In this document: positions 15,642 through 24,586 of the stretch, piece after piece
Layout: each line of letters opens with the position of its first letter
Position numbering within the stretch: position 1 is the first letter of the stretch
From: an uncultured delta proteobacterium
Lineage (GTDB): Bacteria > Desulfobacterota > Desulfuromonadia > Desulfuromonadales > CAWANI01
Direction of reading: 5' to 3'
DNA length: 64,000 bases
Assembly (NCBI GenBank): GCA_963783365.1
Contig: CAWANI010000002.1
Span: forward strand, 42,778 to 106,777
The notes under the pieces: generated by a model
The model's database searches: none
The model's input: the letters and a program-made list of their open reading frames with translations, nothing else
What the model was told of the DNA's origin: nothing
Translations under genes and position numbers: made by a program

Positions 15642-18065
15642 ATGGCGGAAGCGGATCGTTTCGCTCCGGGCTGGCCGGGCATTCCGGCGCGCTGGACCTC
15701 CAGCGCCAAGTCGGGGGTCGGTACCTCCCTCGGCTACCAGAGCCGCATCTGGTTTACCCTGAGTCACGGAATCTTCAACGAAATCTATTATCCCCGAATC
15801 GATCAGGCCTGCGTGCGCGACCTTGGAGCGATCGTCACCGCCGGGGAGGATTTTTTCTCCGAGGAAAAGCGGGACACGGAGACCGCGGTTCACTGGCTCA
15901 GCGACGGCGTTCCCGCCTTCGGCCTGGTCAACGCCTGCCGGCAGGGGCGCTACCGGATCGAAAAGCAGATCCTGGCCGATCCCCGGCGGGACGCGGTCCT
16001 GCAGCAGACTCGGTTCAGCGCCCGAGAAGGCGCGGTGGCCGATTATCGCCTCACCGTGCTGCTCGCGCCGCACCTCGGCAATCAAGGCGCCGGCAATACC
16101 GGCTGGGTGGGCGAATACAAAGGCCAACCCATGCTCTTCGCCGCACGGGACGGTATTTCCCTGGCGCTGGCCTGCTCCGTTCCCTGGCGCAGGCGCTCGG
16201 TGGGGTTTGCCGGCCGCTCGGACGGCTGGCGGGATCTGGCCGCTCACCACCGGTTGACGGAGATCTACACCCGCGCCGAAAACGGCAACGTGGCCCTGGC
16301 GGGGGAAATCGACCTGACCGCCAACGGGGGAGAGTTCCTGCTGGCCCTCGGCTTTGGACGCACCCCCGCCGAAGCGGGAAACCGGGCCCGCGCCGCCCTC
16401 CAGGACGGCTTCGAGGCCGCGCGGGCGGAATATGCCTGCCGGTGGGAGCACTGGCAGAAGGGCCTGCTTCCCCTCGACCGGGATCGGACCTCCGAAGGGC
16501 ACAACCTTTACCGCATCAGCACGGCCGTCGTGCGCACCCACGAGGCTGCCAATTTTCCTGGCGGCTTTATCGCCAGTCTCTCCGTCCCCTGGGGGGCCAG
16601 CAAGGGTGACAACGATCTGGGCGGCTACCATCTCGCCTGGCCCCGGGACCTGGTGGAATCGGCGGGGGGGCTGCTGGCCGCCGGCGCCCGGGATGAGGTG
16701 CGGCGGGTGCTCGCCTTTTTGCAGGCCACGCAGGAAACGGACGGGCACTGGGCGCAGAACATGTGGCTCGACGGTTCGCCCTACTGGAACGGCATCCAGA
16801 TGGACGAGACCGCCCTGCCGGTTCTTCTGGTGGATCTCGCTCGTCGCGAGAGGGCCCTCTCGCCCGACGATCTGGCGCGGTTCTGGCCCATGGTGCGCAG
16901 CGCCGTTGCCTACCTGGTGCGTTACGGCCCCGCCAGCCAGCAGGATCGCTGGGAGGAAGACCCCGGTTATTCCCCCTTCACCGTCGCCGCGGAAATCGCC
17001 GCCCTGCTGGCGGCGGCGGATCTGGCCGACGAGCGGCAGAAACCGGCGATCGCCGCCTATCTGCGAGAGACCGCCGATGAGTGGTATGGCGCCATCGATC
17101 ACTATATGTACGTAACCGGCACCGACTGGTGCCGCCGGTTCGGGGTGGCGGGGTACTATGTCCGCATCGCCCCCGTCCAGAAAACGGCGGGGGTGTCGCG
17201 TTTGGCCCAGAAGGTTCCGGTGAAGAACGTCGCCCCCGAGGAGGCCGCAAGCCCCGCCTGCCACCTGGTGAGCCCCGACGCCCTGGCCCTGGTGCGCTTC
17301 GGCCTGCGTGCCGCCGACGACCCTCGCATTCGCGATACGGTGACCGTCATCGATGCCCTGCTCAAGGTGGAGACGCCCCGGGGGCCGCTGTGGCACCGCT
17401 ACAATGGCGACGGTTACGGCGAACACGCCGACGGCACGCCCTTTGACGGCACGGGAATCGGCCGGGCCTGGCCGCTGCTGACCGGAGAAAGGGCCCATTT
17501 CGAACTGGCGGCCGGGCGGCCCGATGAGGCATCACGCCTTGTGGGATGTCTGGAGGCCTTCGCCAATGGCCAGGGGCTGCTTCCCGAGCAGGTCTGGGAT
17601 GTTCCGGATCTGCCTGAGCGGGAACTCTTTTTCGGCAGGCCCTCCGGCTCCGCCATGCCCCTCGTCTGGGCCCACGCCGAGTACCTGAAGCTGCTCCGCT
17701 CTCTCCGCGAGCGGCGGGTCTTCGATCTGCCGCCGCAGACCGTTCAGCGCTACCTGAATGATAAGACCGAATCCCCCTTCCGGGTCTGGCGGTTCGGCCA
17801 CAAGATTCCTTCCCTGCCGGCCGGTAAACGGCTGCGCATCGAAACCCTGACACGGGCGCTTATCCACTGGAGTGCCGACGAGTGGGACACCGCCCAGGAT
17901 GCCGAGACCCGGGATGCCGGGTTGGGTATCCACCTGACGGATCTGGCCACGGGTTCACTTCCGGAAGGCACGCGGGTCCAATTCACCTTCTACTGGCCCG
18001 AGGCCGGCCATTGGGAGGGGGCCGACTTCGTGGTTTGTATAGATTCCGCACAACCGGCCGGTTGA
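15642..18065 (+). CDS. glycoside hydrolase family 15 glucoamylase/glucodextranase-like enzyme
   Basis: About 807 aa from MAEADRFAPGWPGIPARWTSSAKSGVGTS, with the GH15 N-domain plus an (alpha/alpha)6 catalytic-region pattern (WPRD, QDRWEE, GLLPEQVWD). RBS GAGAGGAG. Confidence 0.85.
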   Translation: MAEADRFAPGWPGIPARWTSSAKSGVGTSLGYQSRIWFTLSHGIFNEIYYPRIDQACVRDLGAIVTAGEDFFSEEKRDTETAVHWLSDGVPAFGLVNACRQGRYRIEKQILADPRRDAVLQQTRFSAREGAVADYRLTVLLAPHLGNQGAGNTGWVGEYKGQPMLFAARDGISLALACSVPWRRRSVGFAGRSDGWRDLAAHHRLTEIYTRAENGNVALAGEIDLTANGGEFLLALGFGRTPAEAGNRARAALQDGFEAARAEYACRWEHWQKGLLPLDRDRTSEGHNLYRISTAVVRTHEAANFPGGFIASLSVPWGASKGDNDLGGYHLAWPRDLVESAGGLLAAGARDEVRRVLAFLQATQETDGHWAQNMWLDGSPYWNGIQMDETALPVLLVDLARRERALSPDDLARFWPMVRSAVAYLVRYGPASQQDRWEEDPGYSPFTVAAEIAALLAAADLADERQKPAIAAYLRETADEWYGAIDHYMYVTGTDWCRRFGVAGYYVRIAPVQKTAGVSRLAQKVPVKNVAPEEAASPACHLVSPDALALVRFGLRAADDPRIRDTVTVIDALLKVETPRGPLWHRYNGDGYGEHADGTPFDGTGIGRAWPLLTGERAHFELAAGRPDEASRLVGCLEAFANGQGLLPEQVWDVPDLPERELFFGRPSGSAMPLVWAHAEYLKLLRSLRERRVFDLPPQTVQRYLNDKTESPFRVWRFGHKIPSLPAGKRLRIETLTRALIHWSADEWDTAQDAETRDAGLGIHLTDLATGSLPEGTRVQFTFYWPEAGHWEGADFVVCIDSAQPAG

Positions 18066-18396
18066 TGTCTGAGTGGCATCCCAGATCAGCCTTTTTCCGG
18101 GAGCGGTGGCGCCGACCAGGATGTGGAAGGATGGATTAAAATTCTTGACGGAAGCAGGGAGGAGAGGGTATTTTCACCCTTTAATTTTGATGCTTTCGCA
18201 AAAACTCAGAGGATGGCTAAGCAAAAATTTCGTCCTACAAGGCCTGGTGGTTTTTCAGGGGCGAAGGCATACATCAGGTATGTCGAGGTCCTGAAAAAGG
18301 GCCGTAAGGTAGGGCGGATTTTTTCATAATTTTATTCTTTTTCGGTGAGAACAGATGGCGCTTTGTATTCAGGAGGGAAATTCAGGAACCAATCAA

Positions 18397-18441
18397 AAGG
18401 GCCGCTTCGATCGCCGTCTGGCGTAGAGGGTGGCCCTTTTT
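18397..18441 (+). terminator. possible terminator (Y-shaped hairpin plus T-run)
   Basis: Outer arms aagggcc and ggccctt, inner hairpin cgcc-gtct-ggcg, then TTTTT. Confidence 0.4.
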
Positions 18442-18740
18442 GCATTGTCGGTCCGGTGTCTGCTCTCATGAGGCCTGGGATGAGGGCGGATCAAGGAAAA
18501 TCATATCAACTTATTGAATTTTAGTGTATATTCTTCGGTCTCAGCGGTCTTTTGAGGATTTAATGGCCTTCATCTAACGGGTTAAGCCCGCGTTTGATCC
18601 ATAATGTCCGCTGTGTGGGGGGCAGGGAAGAGCCTATAGGTCCGGACCCGCCGAACGTCCGCCCGCAATCGAGAAAGTTCTTAGTCCATAAACTGCAATT
18701 TCTATATAAATGTACGGAATTTAGCTCGAAGGAGATCCCC

Positions 18741-21107
18741 ATGAAGTCTCGCTTTTTAATTGCTCTGATTCTGCTTGTTGCCTTGCCGACAATGGCCAGC
18801 GCCCTCTGGACTCAGCAAAAGGTTGTCTTTCAAACCCAATCGGTCGGCACGGTCGTCTTTGACCACAATGTACACTTTAAGGCCCTGGGCAAACATTGTA
18901 ACCTTTGCCACAACAAGGTTTTCAACATCGTTCCTTCCAAAAACCCCGTCTTCACCATGGCCGACATGGAAAAAGGCAAGGCTTGCGGTGCCTGCCACGA
19001 TGGCAAGACGGCTTTTTCGGTCAAGACCGACTGCGCGGCCTGCCACAAGACCCACGACATCCTCTTCAAAGAAGACTCGGTGGGCACCGTCACCTTCAGC
19101 CACAAAGACCATACGGCGATGTTCGGCTGCAAGGAGTGCCATCCCAAGCGCTTCATCCCCGGCCCGGGGAACAAAAAATTCACCATGGCCGACATGGACA
19201 AGGGCGAGGCCTGCGGCGGATGCCACAACGGCGACATGGCCTTTTCGGTCAAATCCAACTGCGCGACCTGCCATAATAACCATGACATTGTCTTTAAAGA
19301 GGCCTCGGTGGGCAAGGTCACCTTCAGCCACAAAAACCATACGGCGATGTTCGGCTGCAAGGAGTGCCATCCCAAGCGCTTCATTCCCGGCCCGGGAAAC
19401 AAAAAATTCACCATGGCCGAGATGGACAAGGGCGAGGCCTGCGGCGGATGCCACAACGGCGAGATGGCCTTTTCGGTCAAATCCAACTGCGCGACCTGCC
19501 ATAATAACCACGACATCGTCTTCAAAGAGCCCTCGTTCGGCAAAGTCGTCTTCAGCCACAAAAACCATACGGCGATGTTCGGCTGCAAGGAGTGCCATCC
19601 CAAGCGCTTCATCCCCGGCCCGGGGAACAAAAAATTCACCATGGCCGACATGGACAAGGGCGAGGCCTGCGGCGGGTGCCACAACGGCGACATGGCCTTT
19701 TCGGTCAAATCCAACTGCGCGACCTGCCATAATAACCACGACATCGTCTTCAAAGAGCCCACCTTCGGCAAAGTCGTCTTCAGCCACAAGAACCACACGG
19801 CGATGTTCGGCTGCAAGGAGTGCCATCCCAAGCGCTTCATCCCCGGTCCGGGAAACAAAAAATTCACCATGGCCGAGATGGACAAGGGCGAGGCCTGTGG
19901 CGGATGCCACAACGGCGACATGGCCTTTTCGGTCAAGACCGACTGCGCCAGCTGCCACAACAATCACGCCATCACCTTCAAGGCCGGCTCGTTCGGCAAA
20001 GTCGTCTTCAGCCACAAAAACCATACGGCGATGTTCGGGTGCAAGGCGTGCCATCCCAAGCGCTTCATCGCCGGCCCGGGGAACAAAAAATTCACCATGG
20101 CCGACATGAACAAGGGCAAGGCCTGCGGCGGATGCCACAACGGCAAGATGGCCTTTTCTGTCAAATCCAACTGCGCGACCTGTCACAAGACCCAGGCGAT
20201 CAAGTTCAAAGTCCCCTCGATGGGGACCGTCACCTTCAGCCACAAGAAACATACGGCGATGTTCGGGTGCAAGGCGTGCCATCCCAAGCGCTTCATTGCC
20301 GGCCCGGGTAACAAAACCTTCACCATGGCCGAGATGGACAAGGGCGAGGCCTGCGGCGGGTGTCACAACGGCAAGGTGGCTTTTTCGGTCAAATCCAACT
20401 GCACAACCTGTCACCCAAACCGCGACGTCGTCTTCAAAGAGCCCTCGTTCGGCAAAGTCGTCTTTCGCCATAACATCCATACGATCAAGTTCGGCTGCAG
20501 GGAGTGCCATCCCCAGCGCTTCCGCCTGCCCCCCGGAAAGAAAGCCTTCACCATGGCCGACATGGACAAAGGGGAAGCCTGCGGCGGATGCCACAACGGC
20601 AAGATGGTTTTTTCGGTCAAGACCGACTGCGTCCGCTGTCATAAAAACCACGACATCTTCTTCAAGGAACCCTCGATTGGCGTCGTCATCTTCAGGCACA
20701 AAGAGCACACCGCCATGTTCGGGTGCAAGGCGTGCCATCCCAAGCGCTTCATTGCCGGCCCGGGGAACAAAAAATTCACCATGGCCGACATGAACAAGGG
20801 GGAAGCCTGCGGCGGATGCCACAACGGCAAGACGGCATTTTCGGTCAAAGCCGATTGCGCGACCTGCCATCTGACCCATGACGTCGTCTTCAAGGACCAC
20901 AGGATGGGCAACGTTACCTTCAGCCACAAAAAACATACGGCCATGTTCGGCTGCAAAGAGTGCCATCCCAAATTATTCATCCCCGGCCCGGGAAACAAGG
21001 ATTTCACCATGGCGCAGATGTATAAGGGGAAAGCCTGCGGGAGCTGCCATGATGGGAAAACGGCATTCACCGTCAAGGAACGTTGTGCCAGATGCCATAA
21101 GAAATAG
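18741..21107 (+). CDS. secreted multihaem cytochrome c: ten tandem c7-type triheme domains (30 CXXCH)
   Basis: Start MKSRFLIALILLVALPTMASA (signal peptide) behind the RBS GAAGGAG. There are ten repeats of about 76 aa, each ..F.H..H....GC.xCH...FTMA.M.KG.ACGxCH.G..AF.VK..C..CH. I counted 30 CXXCH motifs by eye. Confidence 0.9.
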   Translation: MKSRFLIALILLVALPTMASALWTQQKVVFQTQSVGTVVFDHNVHFKALGKHCNLCHNKVFNIVPSKNPVFTMADMEKGKACGACHDGKTAFSVKTDCAACHKTHDILFKEDSVGTVTFSHKDHTAMFGCKECHPKRFIPGPGNKKFTMADMDKGEACGGCHNGDMAFSVKSNCATCHNNHDIVFKEASVGKVTFSHKNHTAMFGCKECHPKRFIPGPGNKKFTMAEMDKGEACGGCHNGEMAFSVKSNCATCHNNHDIVFKEPSFGKVVFSHKNHTAMFGCKECHPKRFIPGPGNKKFTMADMDKGEACGGCHNGDMAFSVKSNCATCHNNHDIVFKEPTFGKVVFSHKNHTAMFGCKECHPKRFIPGPGNKKFTMAEMDKGEACGGCHNGDMAFSVKTDCASCHNNHAITFKAGSFGKVVFSHKNHTAMFGCKACHPKRFIAGPGNKKFTMADMNKGKACGGCHNGKMAFSVKSNCATCHKTQAIKFKVPSMGTVTFSHKKHTAMFGCKACHPKRFIAGPGNKTFTMAEMDKGEACGGCHNGKVAFSVKSNCTTCHPNRDVVFKEPSFGKVVFRHNIHTIKFGCRECHPQRFRLPPGKKAFTMADMDKGEACGGCHNGKMVFSVKTDCVRCHKNHDIFFKEPSIGVVIFRHKEHTAMFGCKACHPKRFIAGPGNKKFTMADMNKGEACGGCHNGKTAFSVKADCATCHLTHDVVFKDHRMGNVTFSHKKHTAMFGCKECHPKLFIPGPGNKDFTMAQMYKGKACGSCHDGKTAFTVKERCARCHKK
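18804..21104 (+). repeat. 228-bp (76-codon) tandem coding repeat x10; copies 2-5 nearly identical
   Basis: The segment atcccaagcgcttcatccccggcccgggg... recurs at 19141 and 19597, which is 2 x 228 bp apart. The protein periodicity is 76 aa. Confidence 0.85.
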
Positions 21108-21221
21108 GAACCCCTGAGGAGGACCGCATCTTTGGCGCCTGTTTGAGAGTTGGATGAACAGCGGCTCTCCATTTAGGGTAAAGTACAGAGGTGCAGGCTT
21201 CTTTTTCGCACAATAAAAATC

Positions 21222-21305
21222 GGACCAGCTCTTCCATTGTTCACAGTGCTTTCCGGCTCTCGATTCGAGCCTGTGAATTATGGCGGGCTGGTCCTTTTTA
21301 TTTTT
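21222..21305 (+). terminator. possible structured terminator after the cytochrome gene
   Basis: Long-range stem ggaccagc (21222-21229) with gctggtcc (21287-21294), enclosing an inner ggctc/gagcc hairpin, then TTTTTATTTTT. Confidence 0.3.
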
Positions 21306-21367
21306 CGAATCGAAAGTCCTTTCCAGCCCGGACGTTTCTCAATCGTGGCTGCGCGGCGATTTCGAGG

Positions 21368-21396
21368 TTGACGCACCCAGGCGCGGCCGCTACACT
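21368..21396 (+). promoter_or_regulatory. sigma70-like promoter for the ECF Ni/Co transporter operon
   Basis: TTGACG, 17-nt spacer, TACACT, about 50 nt upstream of the cbiM ATG. Confidence 0.4.
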
Positions 21397-21448
21397 TGGT
21401 AACACGATTTTTATTTGTGTAGCACGAATTTCTACCCGGAGCGCCGCC

Positions 21449-22504
21449 ATGCACATCCCCGACGGGTACCTGAGCCCCTCAACCTGTTTCGCCTTCGGCG
21501 CCGCGATGCTCCCTGTCTGGGCGACGGCGGGGCGCAAGGTCAAGGCGCGTCTCCGGTCCCGCCACGTTCCGCTGATGGCCGTTGGGGCCGCCTTTTCTTT
21601 CACCATCATGCTGTACAATATCCCCGTTCCCGGCGGTACCACCGCCCACGCCGTGGGAGGGGCGCTGCTGGCGGTGGTCCTGGGGCCCTGGGCGGCGTCG
21701 GTCTGTATTACCATCGCCCTGGCCATCCAGGCGCTGCTATTCGGCGACGGGGGGATTCTGAGCTTCGGAGCCAACTGTTTCACCATGGCCTTCGTGCTGC
21801 CCTTCGTCGCCTGGGGAACCTACCGCCTCATTGCCGTCCGGAGCGAACTGCACTCGGCGCGGCGCTGGATCGGCGCGGCGCTCGGCGGGTATCTCGGCCT
21901 CAATGCCGCCGCCCTGGTGGCCGCGATGGCCCTCGGCCTGCAGCCGCTTCTCTTTCATTCCGCTGCCGGCACCCCTCTGTACTGCCCCTATCCGCTCAGG
22001 ATGGCCGTGCCGGCCATGATGGTCGGCCACCTGACCCTTGCCGGACCGCTCGAGGGCATCGTCACGGCGCTGGTGGTGCGCTACCTGCAGGCGAGCGATG
22101 TCGATCTGCTCGATCTCTACGGTCACACCGCGACGTCGGCGTTCGAACCAACGCCGCGCAGCCGCAAGCTGTGGTGGGGAACGGCTGCCTTGATTCTGCT
22201 CTCTCCGCTGGGCCTGCTCGCCCGGGGGACGGCCTGGGGGGAGTGGGGCGCCGGCGAGCTGGGCAGGCTGGTCGGTTTCGTGCCCGCAGGGCTGGAGCGG
22301 CTCTCCGGAAGCTGGTCCCATGCCCTCTTTCCCGATTATTCCCTGTCCGCCGCTTTCGGCGGAACTTGGCCGTCGTCAGTCATCTACATTCTGTGCGCCC
22401 TGGTCGGTGTGGGAAGTGTGGCTGGGCTGACGGCTCTGCTCGGACGTTTGCAGGGCGCCGAAAATTCCCCGCAGTCGGCTGATGGGACGAAGTCGGACCG
22501 ATGA
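21449..22504 (+). CDS. cbiM: ECF transporter substrate-specific component CbiM/NikM fused to a PDGLE (CbiN-like) domain
   Basis: N-terminus MHIPDGYLS, the metal-liganding Met-His N-terminus of CbiM/NikM, then multiple TM segments. The C-terminal WGEWG...VPAGLERL...LFPDY region looks like a PDGLE domain. Start at Met87 of ORF 21191..22504. Confidence 0.85.
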   Translation: MHIPDGYLSPSTCFAFGAAMLPVWATAGRKVKARLRSRHVPLMAVGAAFSFTIMLYNIPVPGGTTAHAVGGALLAVVLGPWAASVCITIALAIQALLFGDGGILSFGANCFTMAFVLPFVAWGTYRLIAVRSELHSARRWIGAALGGYLGLNAAALVAAMALGLQPLLFHSAAGTPLYCPYPLRMAVPAMMVGHLTLAGPLEGIVTALVVRYLQASDVDLLDLYGHTATSAFEPTPRSRKLWWGTAALILLSPLGLLARGTAWGEWGAGELGRLVGFVPAGLERLSGSWSHALFPDYSLSAAFGGTWPSSVIYILCALVGVGSVAGLTALLGRLQGAENSPQSADGTKSDR

Positions 22505-23451
22505 GCGAACGCCCCGTCCCCCTTCCCGATTGGCTCGACGAGGTCCCCCCGGCCGGGGAGTGGCCCCAGAAGGGCCGTCGCCCCCGCCGAGGTTTTCTGG
22601 AAAAGTCGCTGGGGGAGTTTGCCGAAGCCCTGCGCGACGAAGTTTTTTCCGAACAGCTCGCCCGGCGGCCCGGGCTTCTGCAGCGGGTGGACCCGCGGGT
22701 GAAGCTGCTCTCGGTGCTGGCGTTGATCGTCGTTGCCGCCTCGCTCCGCCACCTCGTTCCCCTGCTGCTGCTCAATCTCTGGCTTTTCTGGCTGGCCCAT
22801 GCCAGCCGCGTGCCCCTGCGGATCTTCGCCAGGCGGGTCTGGATCGTCGTTCCCCTGTTTACAGCCGTGGTGGTCTTTCCCGTCCTGTTCAACGTCGTGC
22901 GCCCCGGCGATCCCCTGCTCGTTCTGTTTCATTTTGCCCACGCCCCGCACGTCGGCAGCTGGACCCTGCCCGCCGAGGTGGCCATCACCCGCCAGGGGGC
23001 GACTTCGGCGGCGTTGCTGGTACTGCGGGTGGGCGCCTCGGTTTCTCTCGCCGTCCTTCTCACCCTCACCACCCGCTGGCCGGACCTGCTCAAGGCGTTG
23101 AGGGCTCTGCGCATTCCCGGGGTGTTTCTCGCCGTGCTGGAGATGGCCTACCGCTATGTTTTCTTGCTGCTGCAGGTCAGTGCGGAAATGTTCACCGCCC
23201 GCAAGAGCCGGATGGTCGGCCGCGGCACCTCCCGGGAACAGCGCCGCTTCGTCGCGACGGCCATGGGGAGCCTTTGGGGGCGAACCCAGGCCACCAGCGA
23301 GGAAGTCCACCGCGCCATGCTATCGCGCGGCTACTCCGGCGAGCCCCGCAGCCTGGCCCGCTTTCGTCTGCGCGCCAGCGACGGGGTGTGGGGTATGATC
23401 GTTTTACTGATCAGTGCTTTTCTGCTCGGAGGAAACCATGTGCTTGGCTGA
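22501..23451 (+). CDS. cbiQ: ECF transporter transmembrane (T) component CbiQ
   Basis: 316-aa ORF with a 4-nt overlap onto cbiM. It has a CbiQ-type TM pattern and the ARKSRMVG region. Confidence 0.8.
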   Translation: MSERPVPLPDWLDEVPPAGEWPQKGRRPRRGFLEKSLGEFAEALRDEVFSEQLARRPGLLQRVDPRVKLLSVLALIVVAASLRHLVPLLLLNLWLFWLAHASRVPLRIFARRVWIVVPLFTAVVVFPVLFNVVRPGDPLLVLFHFAHAPHVGSWTLPAEVAITRQGATSAALLVLRVGASVSLAVLLTLTTRWPDLLKALRALRIPGVFLAVLEMAYRYVFLLLQVSAEMFTARKSRMVGRGTSREQRRFVATAMGSLWGRTQATSEEVHRAMLSRGYSGEPRSLARFRLRASDGVWGMIVLLISAFLLGGNHVLG

Positions 23452-24256
23452 ATCGGCGGCCGCTCCTCTCTTTCGCCTGGAGGGGGTGACCTACCGCTAC
23501 CCCGGAGGGGCGACGGGCGTGCAGGGGATCGACCTGACCATCGAGGCGGGTCAGCGGGTGGTCCTGCTCGGCGCCAACGGCTGCGGCAAGTCGACCCTGC
23601 TGCGAGTGCTCGACGGCCTGCTCTTTCCCCAGCAGGGGACGGTGCGGGCCTTTGGCGCCCCCCTCACCGAAGGGGAGTTGGCCGATGCAGAAGTCAACGC
23701 CTTTTTCCGCCGCCGGGTCGGGCTGGTCTTTCAGAACGCCGAAGCCCAGCTCTTCTCCTCCAGCGTCTGGGAGGAGCTCGCCTTCGGACCTCTGCATATG
23801 GGACTGGCCGAGGGGGACGTGCGCCGGCGGGTCGCCGAGGTGCTGGACCTGGTGGGCCTGCAGGGGCTGCAGGAGCGGCCCCCCTTCCGGCTCAGCGGTG
23901 GTGAGAAGCGCAAGGTGGCCCTCGCCGCGGTGCTCGCCGTCAACCCCTCCGTCCTTTTGCTCGATGAGCCGACCACCGGCCTCGACCCGCGCACCCAGCG
24001 CTGGCTCGTCGATATTCTCGCCGAGCTCGGCGGGGCGGGAAAAACCCTCGTTACCGCCACCCACGATCTGGATGTAGTGGAAGAGATTGCCGACCGGGTA
24101 GTGGTCTTCGACGAAGAGCACCGCCTGGTGGCCGACGGCCCTCCCCGACAGATTCTTCGCGACAAAGATCTTCTCCTTCAGGTAAACCTCATCGACCCCC
24201 GTTTTCATCCCCATGCCCACGGCGGCGGGCACCGCCACTACCACAGCCACAGCTGA
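23438..24256 (+). CDS. cbiO: ECF transporter ATPase CbiO with a His-rich C-terminal tail
   Basis: Walker A GANGCGKST, signature LSGGEKRKVA, Walker B LLLDEPTTGLD. The tail reads HPHAHGGGHRHYHSHS. RBS GGAGGAAACC. Confidence 0.85.
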   Translation: MCLAESAAAPLFRLEGVTYRYPGGATGVQGIDLTIEAGQRVVLLGANGCGKSTLLRVLDGLLFPQQGTVRAFGAPLTEGELADAEVNAFFRRRVGLVFQNAEAQLFSSSVWEELAFGPLHMGLAEGDVRRRVAEVLDLVGLQGLQERPPFRLSGGEKRKVALAAVLAVNPSVLLLDEPTTGLDPRTQRWLVDILAELGGAGKTLVTATHDLDVVEEIADRVVVFDEEHRLVADGPPRQILRDKDLLLQVNLIDPRFHPHAHGGGHRHYHSHS

Positions 24257-24586
24257 TCGGCTGCAACGCATTTGCGTCGCCCGGCAAAAGAGCCTCCCGC
24301 CCGAGGGGCGGTTGGTCCGGTTGCTGGAAACGTGATGGCATGTGTTTTGCTTGGTATAACGGTATTGCTAATGAGTTGTGGGCCATCGGTTTCGCCGATC
24401 AGCTTTCGCCCTGCCGGATTGTCGAAAAAAACTTGCTTGATACCGGGATCAACATGTTTCGTTTCACTTAACATAGTATTATATCGTGAAAATCCCTCTT
24501 TCCCCCGCTGTTTTGTGCCCTGCTTTTTGAGGCTCAGCAAGCGATAAGAGAGGGGTTGAACCGCTGTTTGAAAAGGAGTGCACTCA

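Noticed and set aside
15588-17498. 636-aa ORF antisense to the GH15 gene, plus similar antisense or alternate-frame ORFs over lhgO (6287..7483), hgcA (8431..9819), the MATE/RND genes (27547..29034, 28911..30185, 30270..31121, 31137..32066, 31915..33228), gspE (47148..48419) and cbiQ (22384..23310)
   Set aside because: All are low-complexity, Arg/Gly/Pro/Ala-rich translations overlapping genes with clear homology on the other strand or frame. This is the usual high-GC ORF inflation.
18450-18740. c-di-GMP/cGAMP (GEMM-I) riboswitch in the cytochrome leader, as seen upstream of some Geobacter cytochromes
   Set aside because: No GGCAAAC...GGACGCAAAGCC-type conserved core was found by eye.
18756-20966. 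Very long ORFs overlapping the cytochrome gene (736 aa and 377 aa antisense; 444 aa and others in alternate sense frames)
   Set aside because: These are artefacts of a stop-free tandem repeat. The products are repetitive Ala/Gly/Arg/Val strings, while the sense frame has a signal peptide, an RBS and 30 haem motifs.
21108-21448. Cobalamin (B12) or other metal riboswitch upstream of cbiM
   Set aside because: I found no B12-box core (GCCACTG) and no GGTG..AATCC-type conserved segments. The best promoter leaves only a leader of about 45 nt. A covariance-model scan would be needed to be sure.
24360-24400. Sigma-28 (FliA) promoter upstream of the MCP gene (GCCGATCA resembles the -10 GCCGATAA)
   Set aside because: No TAAA-type -35 element sits at the required spacing; the nearest TAAT is about 6 nt too far.
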